DNA of 62,655 nt from a virus (Duplodnaviria; Caudoviricetes). The DNA is taken from IMG/VR virus record IMGVR_UViG_3300034006_000003, positions 1 through 62,655 of that record; one strand, 5' to 3'. Below the pieces are notes generated by a model. The model was not told the origin of the DNA. It did not search any database and saw only the letters and a program-made list of their open reading frames with translations. Numbering within the stretch: the stretch's first letter is position 1; every line of letters starts with the position of its first letter. Shown here piece after piece: positions 53,700 to 62,403 of this stretch. Both the position numbers and the translations under genes were made by a program.

Positions 53700-54270
53700 T
53701 GGCGCGGTCCTTCTGGAATGCGTCGCGGTCGAAGTAGCGCAGCGACGAGATGAACGCCTTCTGCCAGCCCGTGAGCGGCTGGCCGCTTTGCTCCTGATCC
53801 AGCGCATGGGCGACGGTCCGACGAGGAACGCCGAAGTCGTCCGCCAGCCGCTGAGCCTTCCCCGCCTGCGCGTCGCCGTAGAGCCAGGCGATGGCTTGCA
53901 GCAGCGTCGTCCCCTGATAGCCGAACTCGCCGCGCTCGATCTGCCGCAGGCGCAGGACGTCCGCCTTCACCCGCTCGCCGTTGCGATCCCACCAGTCGAG
54001 CGCTTCGACGCGCACGTTCTGCGTCGCATCGCTGTCCTGGTCGAATAACTCGAGAGCCCGTTCGACGCTCGAGACGCGGACGCTGCGCCGCTTCGTGGTC
54101 TCGCCTTGCATCGTGCTATGGCCGGCGACTTCGGCGATGAAGCACCGCTGGTCGGCCGCCGGCGCATAGGCGATGGTGAGCTCGGTCCAGCGCGGCTTCC
54201 CGCGCTGCCGTGTCGAGACCGATGCGATGATTTCGCCCGGACTCGGAGTGATTGCAGTCGGAGTGTCCAT
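53680..54270 (-). CDS. Hypothetical protein (possible C-terminal HTH)
   Basis: LADDFGVPRRTV; purine-rich RBS. Confidence 0.65.
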   Translation of the reverse strand: MDTPTAITPSPGEIIASVSTRQRGKPRWTELTIAYAPAADQRCFIAEVAGHSTMQGETTKRRSVRVSSVERALELFDQDSDATQNVRVEALDWWDRNGERVKADVLRLRQIERGEFGYQGTTLLQAIAWLYGDAQAGKAQRLADDFGVPRRTVAHALDQEQSGQPLTGWQKAFISSLRYFDRDAFQKDRANAQTPS

Positions 54271-54271
54271 T

Positions 54272-54757
54272 TCAGCTTCCCTTCCCTTCGTTGAGGCTCG
54301 CGGCCAGACGTCCTTCAGGATGCGCGTTCAACGCAAGCGCGATCAACTTGGCGCGCTCCCGACCCTCTTTCCTGTTGTTCTGCCGCGGCGCTGGGCACCA
54401 GCAGAAGATGTGTCCGTTCGGATGATGGACGCTGTCGCCGTCGGCGATGAACGGTCCCTGCGTCTGGCCGGCGAACGCCTGCTCGCGCGATCCCTGTCCC
54501 ATGTCGCAGCTGGCAGGCGGTTCGGTCGCCTCGCTGCGGCTGGTCGCCTCACCGAGCATCGGCTGGCGCGAGACGTAGTGCTGGTGCATCTCGCGGACGA
54601 GACCGCAGAGCAGGCGCTGATGGTCCATGGTGCGTTCGATCACGCGCTCCAGCCCGTCCACGTCGCCCGATTGTCCGTTCGCCCAGCGCGCCTGCGCTTC
54701 GTTCATTTCGGTGTCGAGCCAGCCCAGGCGCTTCTCGATTGATGGTGTCTCGGTCAT
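54272..54757 (-). CDS. Hypothetical protein
   Basis: ATG 54757 after an AAGGGAA RBS. Confidence 0.6.
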   Translation of the reverse strand: MTETPSIEKRLGWLDTEMNEAQARWANGQSGDVDGLERVIERTMDHQRLLCGLVREMHQHYVSRQPMLGEATSRSEATEPPASCDMGQGSREQAFAGQTQGPFIADGDSVHHPNGHIFCWCPAPRQNNRKEGRERAKLIALALNAHPEGRLAASLNEGKGS

Positions 54758-54758
54758 C

Positions 54759-55925
54759 TCAATTCCCTTCCTCTTCGGCGGGAACAGCCGCCATCTGGTT
54801 GTCGTGGATTTCGCGGTGCGCTTCGGCGATGCGGTGCACTTCCGGATCGTCGACCAGCACTTCGAACTCCTGGACGGTCGCCCGTTCGTCATTCTCGCGG
54901 TCGAGATAGAAAAGGTCTTCCGGATCGGCGCAGTCGATGTCCGAGTCGGTGACCAGCGCTTCGACGGGCACGGTCGACACGATGCGATAGACCATGCCGT
55001 CGCCGACCATGACGACGATCTTCGGCGGCTGGACGGTGCGCTGAGTCTCTTCGACAATGGTCGCGATCCATTCCTTCCCATCGTCGCTCAGTTCGTCCCA
55101 CTCGCAAGAGGCATAGACCCGCAGAGCGGCTTCGCTGTCGACGACCCGCCGCGCCGTGAGATAGCGGCCCTGCCGCGCCGAATAGGGCTCGGGGATCAGA
55201 TCAAGCGGCCCAGGCGGAACGTAGGTCCCAGGAGTGCTCTCTATCTTCATCGCGACGAAGTCCCGAACCGGCTTCGTCTGGCCGACAGAGACAGGCATCG
55301 GCAGCACTTGCGGGTGGCGCTCGCGAATGCGGGCGACGAAATGCCCAGCCTCGATGCAGTCCTCTTTCGCCGCTTCGACCGAGCCGATGAACTCGCGCTG
55401 TTCCGGCTCCCCGTTCGGCAGGCATTCGGCGACCGTGTCGAGCATGTCGCGGGCGCCAGCCAGAGCCTTGTCGATCATGCCCAGCTGGCGCTGAACTTCC
55501 GCCGCGCGCTCGACCGTGAAGGCTTCGACCGCAGCCAGGACGAACGTCCGGACGCTGTCGAACTCGGCGGCGCGCGCATCCGCCTCTTCCTTTTCGATGC
55601 CGTCGATTTCCTCGTCCGACGTCCAATGATCCAGGAAGGCGCGAGCGAAGTCCATGAACTCGTCGACAGCCGCGACCGACTGGAGCTCAATCGGCTCGCG
55701 GATCGTCCGCCGGCGCTCGCATTCGGGGCATTCGCAGCCGTCCAGATCGAAGCTGTCGCTGGGGCTGATGTCCTTCCCGCATTCGCCGCATTCGTCGTCG
55801 CAGCCGCAGTCCCAGACGTCTTCCCAGCTATTGCCGCAGGGGCACTCATAGATGTTGCGATAGAGATGGGCCGTGTCGTCCAGGCCCTTCGGCAGATCGG
55901 TCCGTGCAATGGTCGTCGTGTTCAT
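54759..55925 (-). CDS. Acidic hypothetical protein with a Cys-rich N-terminus
   Basis: YECPCGNSWEDVWDCGCDDECGECG; GAGAGAAAGGAA RBS. Confidence 0.75.
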   Translation of the reverse strand: MNTTTIARTDLPKGLDDTAHLYRNIYECPCGNSWEDVWDCGCDDECGECGKDISPSDSFDLDGCECPECERRRTIREPIELQSVAAVDEFMDFARAFLDHWTSDEEIDGIEKEEADARAAEFDSVRTFVLAAVEAFTVERAAEVQRQLGMIDKALAGARDMLDTVAECLPNGEPEQREFIGSVEAAKEDCIEAGHFVARIRERHPQVLPMPVSVGQTKPVRDFVAMKIESTPGTYVPPGPLDLIPEPYSARQGRYLTARRVVDSEAALRVYASCEWDELSDDGKEWIATIVEETQRTVQPPKIVVMVGDGMVYRIVSTVPVEALVTDSDIDCADPEDLFYLDRENDERATVQEFEVLVDDPEVHRIAEAHREIHDNQMAAVPAEEEGN

Positions 55926-55951
55926 GTTCAATTCCTTTCTCTCTCTCGGTT

Positions 55952-56590
55952 TCAAAGTTGGCCGCTGCCGTCGCAGACCGGACAGGCCTCGTCTTCCATG
56001 TTCGAAGCGGATTGCGTCCGCCCCGTCCCTTCACATTGGCCGCAGGCGCCGTCTTCCTCTTCGTCGAAGGCGATGCCGCGCCCGCAGCCGCGCTCTTCCG
56101 CCAGAGCCGCGCGGAAGGCGCGTTCCAGTTGCGCCGACTGCATCGCGCAGTCGTTCGCGAGCGCTTCCGCTGCGCGCATCAGCTGATGCGTCGGACCGTT
56201 GCCGTTGCCAGCCTGATCCGGCGACAGCGCTTCAACGCATTCCTTCAGATCGCCGACCAGGCGCGAGGCTCGATCCAGAGCCGCCGCCGCCAGATAGTCC
56301 CGCCGCGCCAGCTGAACCGCCGCGTCGCTGAGCGCTTCGGCGCCAGCAGGGATCAGATGCCGCTCCAGCCAGCGGTCCCATCCCTCGTCGACCCAGACGT
56401 CCTCATATTCGCCTTGGCGGCTGGTCCGAAGCTGGACCGTTTCCCAGTCGTCATCCGGCCCGTCGGTCGCATAGTCGCCTTCCCCGCTCGGGTCATTCTC
56501 GGACCAGCGGAATTCCCATGCGCCTTCACAAGCCTGAAGCGACTTCACTTCGGACCCGTCCGGCGACAGCATCACATAATCTTCGTCCAT
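55952..56590 (-). CDS. Acidic protein with a C-terminal DnaJ-type zinc finger
   Basis: CGQCEGTG and CPVCDGSG. Confidence 0.75.
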   Translation of the reverse strand: MDEDYVMLSPDGSEVKSLQACEGAWEFRWSENDPSGEGDYATDGPDDDWETVQLRTSRQGEYEDVWVDEGWDRWLERHLIPAGAEALSDAAVQLARRDYLAAAALDRASRLVGDLKECVEALSPDQAGNGNGPTHQLMRAAEALANDCAMQSAQLERAFRAALAEERGCGRGIAFDEEEDGACGQCEGTGRTQSASNMEDEACPVCDGSGQL

Positions 56591-56617
56591 GTTCGTTCCC
56601 TCTCTCTCGTTTGATGT

Positions 56618-57142
56618 TCAGCGGTAGCGAAGCCAGCCGCCGTCGCCGATGGACGCTTCCAGCCGGTCGACTTCGATGTTCATGGCGAGCCCGCCTTCCC
56701 CGCCCCAAAGGACGCGCGCGGTGCGGTCGCCGATGTCCTGGATGACGCCTTCAGCGGTGAGACAGGACAACAGCCGGACCTTTGCGCCGATGCGGAACGG
56801 GCTCTGCGGCTCGTCCTCATCGCGCGGCGGCTGGGTAAGCTTCACCACTTCCTCAAACGTCGCGCGGTCCAGCCCGACATCGCCTTCGTTCGACCGATTG
56901 CCAAGCTGCCAGGCGTTCTCGCGCACCATCTGGAGCACGTTCTGCTGCGGCGACGGATCATCCCATGGGTAGAGCCGGACCGGCTCGCCTTTCCCCGCTT
57001 CGACAGGCGGATGGACCGGCATGACGAACTCGCCGCCTTCCCCCATGTCCTCGCCCCATTGCATCGCGTCCGCTTCGGTCGGGAAGGGACCATGAATTTT
57101 GAAGCCGCCGCAAGGCGAGCCGTAGAGAACAACGTGCTGCAT
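56618..57142 (-). CDS. Hypothetical protein
   Basis: GAGAGGAAAG RBS before ATG 57142. Confidence 0.65.
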   Translation of the reverse strand: MQHVVLYGSPCGGFKIHGPFPTEADAMQWGEDMGEGGEFVMPVHPPVEAGKGEPVRLYPWDDPSPQQNVLQMVRENAWQLGNRSNEGDVGLDRATFEEVVKLTQPPRDEDEPQSPFRIGAKVRLLSCLTAEGVIQDIGDRTARVLWGGEGGLAMNIEVDRLEASIGDGGWLRYR

Positions 57143-57199
57143 CTGTCTTTCCTCTCGAATGCGGGACGGCAGCACGGCGCCGCCGTCCCATGGTGAAGC

Positions 57200-59182
57200 T
57201 TAGGCGGCGACCGGCTGGCGCATGGGACGCGCCATGCTGGCGATGATCGAAGCCGTTGCCGGTCGGGACGAAGCCGAGACCCGCGCCAGCCCGTTGAACG
57301 GCTTGGGCTTGTCCCCCGTCCGCTCGGCGACCAGGCGGCGCTCTGCCGACTTCAGGCGGACGCGCAGCCGCTGAGTCCGGTTCGCGCTCTTCCGCAGCAT
57401 CTTCCGCAGCGCTGCGTTCTCGGCTTCGAGCGCGGCAAGCTTAGGATCCGGCGAAAGATCTTGGACCACGTCCGCGGCTGGGGAGATCTCCCCTTCCAAC
57501 ATCCGCTCCAGCCTCGCCACGCGCTCGCTGAGCGCCGCAAGCGCGTCCGGCTGGGGCTCTGGAGCCTCAACGGCTTCCTGCGGCTCCTGGACGGGCTCTG
57601 GAGCGGCTTCGATCGCAGGAACGGGCTCGGGCTCGGGCTGCGGTTCCAGCTGCGGCTCGGGCTCGGGCAACGGCTGGGGCTGCGGTTCGATTTCGACCGG
57701 CTCCGATGCCGGCGGCTCGAAACGATGGTCCGGACCCGCCGCGAGCGCCGGCCGCGCGCCGGTCTCAGCCCAGTCGCGAAGCTGGCGGAAGCGCTCGGCT
57801 GTCGCATCATCCCCGCTCGCCAGCGCAACGATGACCTTAATGCGGCACCGCGCGACATAGTCGGAGCCGAGACAGTCGCGAGCCTTGCCGACCAGGGCGC
57901 GCACGGTCGCGATGTCGCCGCGCCGAACGGCTTCCGGCAATTCCTCGTCGACGATTTCGAGCGGAGTCCGGTTCAGCTTCCGGACGTCTTCCGGAGTGAC
58001 GGCGGCTGGGTCGCAACGCATCGGCATCACGACCGAAAGGAAGCGGTCGCGGTCCTGACAGAGCAAGGCGGGTCCGGCTTCGTCGCTGAGCTCCATTGTG
58101 ACGGGCTCGGCTGGATCGAACAGCTTCAGAGCGGCGGACAGATAGGCCGCATTGAAGCCGATGGCGACCGGCTCGCCTTCATAGGCCAGAGCCTGCGAAA
58201 CGACCGCCGCGCTGCCGTTCTCGGGATCGGAAGCCGAGAGGACCAGATAGTCGGGATGGGCCGAGATGACGACCGCCCGCGCCTTTGCCGAGCAGATGCT
58301 GGCGACGCCTTGCGCCAGCTGGGCAAGGTCCGGCGCGTCGACCGTTAGGCGCTTCGCGTTCGACGAAGGGATGACTCGGGCATAGTCGGGGAACGTGCCG
58401 TCGACCAGTTTCGAGACCAGCCGGAACGCGCCGAACTCTGCGAGCATCATGGACGGGCTGAAGGCAAGCCGGACCGTGCCAGCCGCCTTTTTGCCCATGA
58501 TGCCGACCAGGACGCCGACCGCCTTGCGCGGGACGATGGAGTCGCCGATGTCTTCCGCGCCACTCGGAAGCGGGACGGTCGCGACGTTCAGCCGATGTCC
58601 GTCGGTCGCCGCAAGGCGCAGCTGCTCCGTTCCGTTCAGCCGATGGAAAAAGACGCCGTTCAAATAGTAGCGGGTCTCTTCCGTCGAAACGGCTGGACCG
58701 ACGCGCTCCAGATCGGCGCGAAGCGCGGCAGCGTCCATCTCGAATGCGGCGCCGTCGACCGGCTTCGTTCCGCGCTCCAGAATGTCGGCAAGGTCCGCAG
58801 CTGGAAGCGTCGCAAGCCGGACCGTCGCGCCGGTCTCGACATCAGAGACCGCAAGCCGCCCGCCGATGTCCTGAAGGCGGACGCGCGTCCCCTTCATCTT
58901 TTTGACGGCAGCGGCCAGCGCCTTCAGTTCCGCCGTGACGCGACCAGGCGCGGAATGCTCGACCGTGACCATCTCGAATAGATAAAGGTCCAGATCGGTC
59001 GCGCCGATGGTCAAGACACCGTGCGCGTCGCAACTGAGCAGAACATGGCTGAGAACGGGGATTGTGTTGCGCGCTTCGACGACCTTTCCGGCGCGCGCCA
59101 GAGCATCAACAAACGGCTTGCGCTCGACAGTCGCGGCGAAACCAATGGCGGCGGCGGCAGATGCGGCAATAACTCGGTTCAT
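57200..59182 (-). CDS. dnaN: DNA polymerase III beta sliding clamp homologue with a long C-terminal extension
   Basis: NTIPVLSHVLL, ATDL, STEETRYYLNGV, AATDGHRL, SKLVDGTFPDY.RVIP, IGFNAAYL, VVMPMR, then ~270 extra aa. Confidence 0.92.
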   Translation of the reverse strand: MNRVIAASAAAAIGFAATVERKPFVDALARAGKVVEARNTIPVLSHVLLSCDAHGVLTIGATDLDLYLFEMVTVEHSAPGRVTAELKALAAAVKKMKGTRVRLQDIGGRLAVSDVETGATVRLATLPAADLADILERGTKPVDGAAFEMDAAALRADLERVGPAVSTEETRYYLNGVFFHRLNGTEQLRLAATDGHRLNVATVPLPSGAEDIGDSIVPRKAVGVLVGIMGKKAAGTVRLAFSPSMMLAEFGAFRLVSKLVDGTFPDYARVIPSSNAKRLTVDAPDLAQLAQGVASICSAKARAVVISAHPDYLVLSASDPENGSAAVVSQALAYEGEPVAIGFNAAYLSAALKLFDPAEPVTMELSDEAGPALLCQDRDRFLSVVMPMRCDPAAVTPEDVRKLNRTPLEIVDEELPEAVRRGDIATVRALVGKARDCLGSDYVARCRIKVIVALASGDDATAERFRQLRDWAETGARPALAAGPDHRFEPPASEPVEIEPQPQPLPEPEPQLEPQPEPEPVPAIEAAPEPVQEPQEAVEAPEPQPDALAALSERVARLERMLEGEISPAADVVQDLSPDPKLAALEAENAALRKMLRKSANRTQRLRVRLKSAERRLVAERTGDKPKPFNGLARVSASSRPATASIIASMARPMRQPVAA

Positions 59183-59202
59183 ATTCGATTCCTTTCTCTC
59201 TC

Positions 59203-59260
59203 TCGGGACCTATGCGTCCCCATGGCGGCTGGAACGGGTCCAGCGGCGACGGGGACGGCG
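59203..59260. repeat. Structured intergenic element, copy 1
   Basis: TCGGGACCTATGCGTCCC-[hairpin]-GGGACGGCG. Confidence 0.7.
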
Positions 59261-59299
59261 CGACGGCAGACCCGCCGCGCACGTCCATCTCTGATCGTT

Positions 59300-59611
59300 T
59301 TAGCTGGAGCTCGAGGCTGGCGGCGGCGGCAGATCGTCGCTGTCCGCTTCCCATTCGGAGTCGTTGTCGAAGCCTTCGAAGGCTTCGGGGAACGGCTGGC
59401 CGCGCCACTTCGGCTGGAACGGCGCGCAGATGCCAGCGAAGCCGCTGCCCTGGTCGGTCGCTTCCCCGCCGATAATGTCCAGATGCGCCGCCAGCGCGCC
59501 AGAGAGCAAGGTCCCGAGCGCTTCCGCCATGGCGGTCAATTCCGCCGCCAGCGGATGCTCGCAGATGCGAAGCGCTTCGGTCATTTCGTCAAGCTTCAGT
59601 TGAACGCTCAT
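59300..59611 (-). CDS. Hypothetical acidic protein
   Basis: GAGAGAGGGAA RBS, ATG 59611. Confidence 0.7.
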   Translation of the reverse strand: MSVQLKLDEMTEALRICEHPLAAELTAMAEALGTLLSGALAAHLDIIGGEATDQGSGFAGICAPFQPKWRGQPFPEAFEGFDNDSEWEADSDDLPPPPASSSS

Positions 59612-59804
59612 TGTGCTTCCCTCTCTCAATAGTCGTCGAACGGTTCGACAGCTTCATTGCCTTCGCATCGGTCCGCATCCGCCGCCTCTCGGCTGTCGAA
59701 CCGTCGCGCCTTAAAGCGGTCCCGAGTATAAGCCTTCCGGCTTCCGGCTGGCGCGACGAAGCCGCCGCCCTGGTCCAGCCGCCGAATGATCCAGCCGCCG
59801 CGCA

Positions 59805-60536
59805 TCAGTTGAAACTCGCCGCAAGCGCAATCTCGGACATGCGATCATCCCCGAGACCGGCGCGGAACGCGAGCGCGATAGCCAGACACTCGCGATAGGT
59901 GGACTCAGCCGTCCGGCTGTCGCTGTCGTAACCGTGATCTGCGGCCCAGTCTTCGAAGCTGGCATAGTTCAGGACGGCAGCGTCCATCGCCAGAGATTGC
60001 AGGACGTCGCCGATTGAAGGCGGCGCAATGGGCTTGCGCGTGTCCCTCAGACCCGTCCGGCTGTCATACATCAAGCCTTCCCCGAACTGATGAATCCGGC
60101 CGGTCTCAATCTCGGCAGCTATGGCGCGCTCTTTCATGGCGGCTTCATAGCGGGACGATGGATTCTTCAGCTTCAGCGCATAGGCTGGAGCGTGTCCCGT
60201 CCCTTGCGAATAGTCCGTTGACAGGATGTCGCGTCCGCCGCGCTGGAGCGTCACTTTCCAGTTGAGGGACTCCCATGGCTTTTCGCTGCCATGGCGCGGC
60301 TGGGCATTGCGGGACCGGCTGAAGGGGACGAACTCCGCTGCCATGGTCAAGCCGATGCGGTCTGCAATGCCGCAGAGCAGCGCGTCGACGTCGCGGCAGT
60401 CCGGCTCGCCTTCCTCAGTCGTGAAACCGCCAGCGTCGCCGCCTGCGTTGTCCTGAAACCATGTCGAAAGCTTGGCTTCGTCGTCAACGATTCCAACTGG
60501 CGCGATGCCGTCCCGCTTGATGATATGAACGCTCAT
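59805..60536 (-). CDS. Hypothetical phage protein
   Basis: DVLQSL..DA....SFEDWAADHGYDSDSR.AE..Y motif; RBS. Confidence 0.8.
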   Translation of the reverse strand: MSVHIIKRDGIAPVGIVDDEAKLSTWFQDNAGGDAGGFTTEEGEPDCRDVDALLCGIADRIGLTMAAEFVPFSRSRNAQPRHGSEKPWESLNWKVTLQRGGRDILSTDYSQGTGHAPAYALKLKNPSSRYEAAMKERAIAAEIETGRIHQFGEGLMYDSRTGLRDTRKPIAPPSIGDVLQSLAMDAAVLNYASFEDWAADHGYDSDSRTAESTYRECLAIALAFRAGLGDDRMSEIALAASFN

Positions 60537-60561
60537 TGTCTTTCCCTCTCTCTCGGATGTC

Positions 60562-60693
60562 TTAGAAGCCGCCGAACGGCTGGCGCGTGTCGAGCAGGAT
60601 CATCAGCCGAAGCGCTGATGCGGTGCGGCGGTCATTGCGGCGCGTGACGGTGCGAGCCTTTGCGGCGGCGGTGCGGCTGTAGTCTTTCCTCAT
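60562..60693 (-). CDS. Arg-rich micro-protein (43 aa)
   Basis: Manual: MRKDYSRTAAAKARTVTRRNDRRTASALRLMILLDTRQPFGGF; GAGAGAGGGAA RBS. Confidence 0.6.
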   Translation of the reverse strand: MRKDYSRTAAAKARTVTRRNDRRTASALRLMILLDTRQPFGGF

Positions 60694-60714
60694 CTCGAAA
60701 TTCCCTCTCTCTGG

Positions 60715-60768
60715 TCGGGACCTAAGCGTCCCTCGGAACGTCGCTAGGCGGCGCTCTGAGGGACGGCG
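60715..60768. repeat. Structured intergenic element, copy 2
   Basis: TCGGGACCTAAGCGTCCC-[hairpin]-GGGACGGCG. Confidence 0.7.
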
Positions 60769-60799
60769 GACCAGTTAGGCGGCTGGTCCGCGCGTCCGG

Positions 60800-62356
60800 T
60801 CACAAGGCGTTGGCGCGCGCGTCCCTGAAGGCTTCCAGCTTCGCTCGGTCGGTCTCAGTCAGGAAGGCGGCTTTTGCCGCATCCCATGCAGCATTCCAAA
60901 GCTTCAGAACGGCTTCAGGCATGGAGTCGGTGTCCGGCAGTTCCGCGCGGTAACTGGGCATGGTCTCAATTCCGACCGACTGCATCGCGGCTTCCATGAC
61001 CATATTCGCGTCGCAATGGTCGTGCGAAGCGCAGATGCCTTCGTCGGGTCTATAGTCGGCATTCACCAGCCGGACCCGCTGGAACCGATCCGCGCCGATG
61101 TCATCGAATAGCAAGTCGGCGAATTTCCCTGCGACACGTCCGATCAACTCCAGATGCGTCATGGGGACGGCTGGCAGAGCGTCGGCAAGGTCCGATCCAA
61201 TCCGAACCGCTTCGGTCAGCGTGACACGCTCGCAATCGCGCGGATGGTCATATTCCGAGCCGGATTCGTCGAAGGCGGACACGACCCACGTCGGCGCGTA
61301 GGTGTCCGGATGATCGAATAATTGACCGTCGAAGCGCTCGCATTCATTGCCGAGTCGGACTCCAGCCTTGCCGAGCGTTTCGCGCTCCAGATACAACGGT
61401 TGTGCGCCGCCGCCGCAGATACGGAAGCCGAAAGGCGCCGCCATGCTAACGATGTCCCGCCTTGCCTCTCGGCTCGCGTCTTCGTCCCCGTCCATGTCGG
61501 CGCATTCGCCGATGACGTGCTGCCGGACCAGCGCGCGCCGCTGGTCGTCGGTCAAGTCGTTCAGCCAATGCTGGCCGAATTCGTCGCCATTGTCGGCAGT
61601 CCCGCTGTAGATCAGCGCGGCGCGGTCACCATGTTCGACGCCTAGAGCGTTCTGGATAACGCGCGCGGCGGCATCGGTCGTCCCCATGCTGGCAGCGAAG
61701 GGAATGAGGGACCACGCGCGGACGATCCGCAGAATTCGCGTCCAGTGATTGGTTGAGCCGAGGCATTCGACCAGATTGCCGACTTCATCCATCCGATGCG
61801 CGGTGAAGCGTCCGCCTTGCGGGAATTCGCGCTGGGCTGGGTCTGCATAGTCAATCCAGACGGAAAGGCTGTCGCGCTCGTTCTCAGGACGTGCACGGCT
61901 GGCGATGAAGCTAGGGCAGACGTCATTGTGCCAGCTGGTGTCTTCCCATCCCGCGACGGCTGGCGGCATGAACTCAGCGGCGAAATCCGGAAACTCGCGC
62001 TGCCATTGCGGGACGAAGGCTAGGGCGCCTTCGATTGCCTCTCTGAGCGTCTTTCCGCTGTCCTGCCGGACGTCATAGGGGACAGGCTCGCCGTCCCAGT
62101 TTGGCGGATAGTAGCAGACGCAAAAGGACTCGTTCGTCGGCAGTCCAGAGCCGTCCCCGTCCGTAATGTAGACATGCGAGCCGTCGACGAAATAGCGGGA
62201 CAAAAAGACCGCGCCGCCGCCGCCGACTTCGTCGCCGAAGCCGTTGCGCTTAGCGAACCGCACCGCTTCGCATTCGGCTTCGGAATGCGGCTGAATCGGC
62301 GCAATGGTGATTTCATTCGACAGCGGCTGGCCGCACGTTTTGCAAAAGTCGGTCAT
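60800..62356 (-). CDS. Multidomain hypothetical early protein
   Basis: 518 aa; GWEDTSWHNDVCPSF and CASHDHCDANMVM motifs; GAGAGGGAA RBS. Confidence 0.8.
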   Translation of the reverse strand: MTDFCKTCGQPLSNEITIAPIQPHSEAECEAVRFAKRNGFGDEVGGGGAVFLSRYFVDGSHVYITDGDGSGLPTNESFCVCYYPPNWDGEPVPYDVRQDSGKTLREAIEGALAFVPQWQREFPDFAAEFMPPAVAGWEDTSWHNDVCPSFIASRARPENERDSLSVWIDYADPAQREFPQGGRFTAHRMDEVGNLVECLGSTNHWTRILRIVRAWSLIPFAASMGTTDAAARVIQNALGVEHGDRAALIYSGTADNGDEFGQHWLNDLTDDQRRALVRQHVIGECADMDGDEDASREARRDIVSMAAPFGFRICGGGAQPLYLERETLGKAGVRLGNECERFDGQLFDHPDTYAPTWVVSAFDESGSEYDHPRDCERVTLTEAVRIGSDLADALPAVPMTHLELIGRVAGKFADLLFDDIGADRFQRVRLVNADYRPDEGICASHDHCDANMVMEAAMQSVGIETMPSYRAELPDTDSMPEAVLKLWNAAWDAAKAAFLTETDRAKLEAFRDARANAL

Positions 62357-62403
62357 CTCAATTCCCTCTCGTTAAAAATATAATTAAATCCAGGGCGCGC
62401 GGT

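Noticed and set aside
57550-57690. GGCTCG-type short repeats
   Set aside because: They encode the Pro-Glu linker of the clamp extension
57200-59182. Host chromosomal dnaN, implying a prophage boundary
   Set aside because: No dnaA, recF or gyrB neighbours; it has the phage-type leader and is flanked by phage hypotheticals
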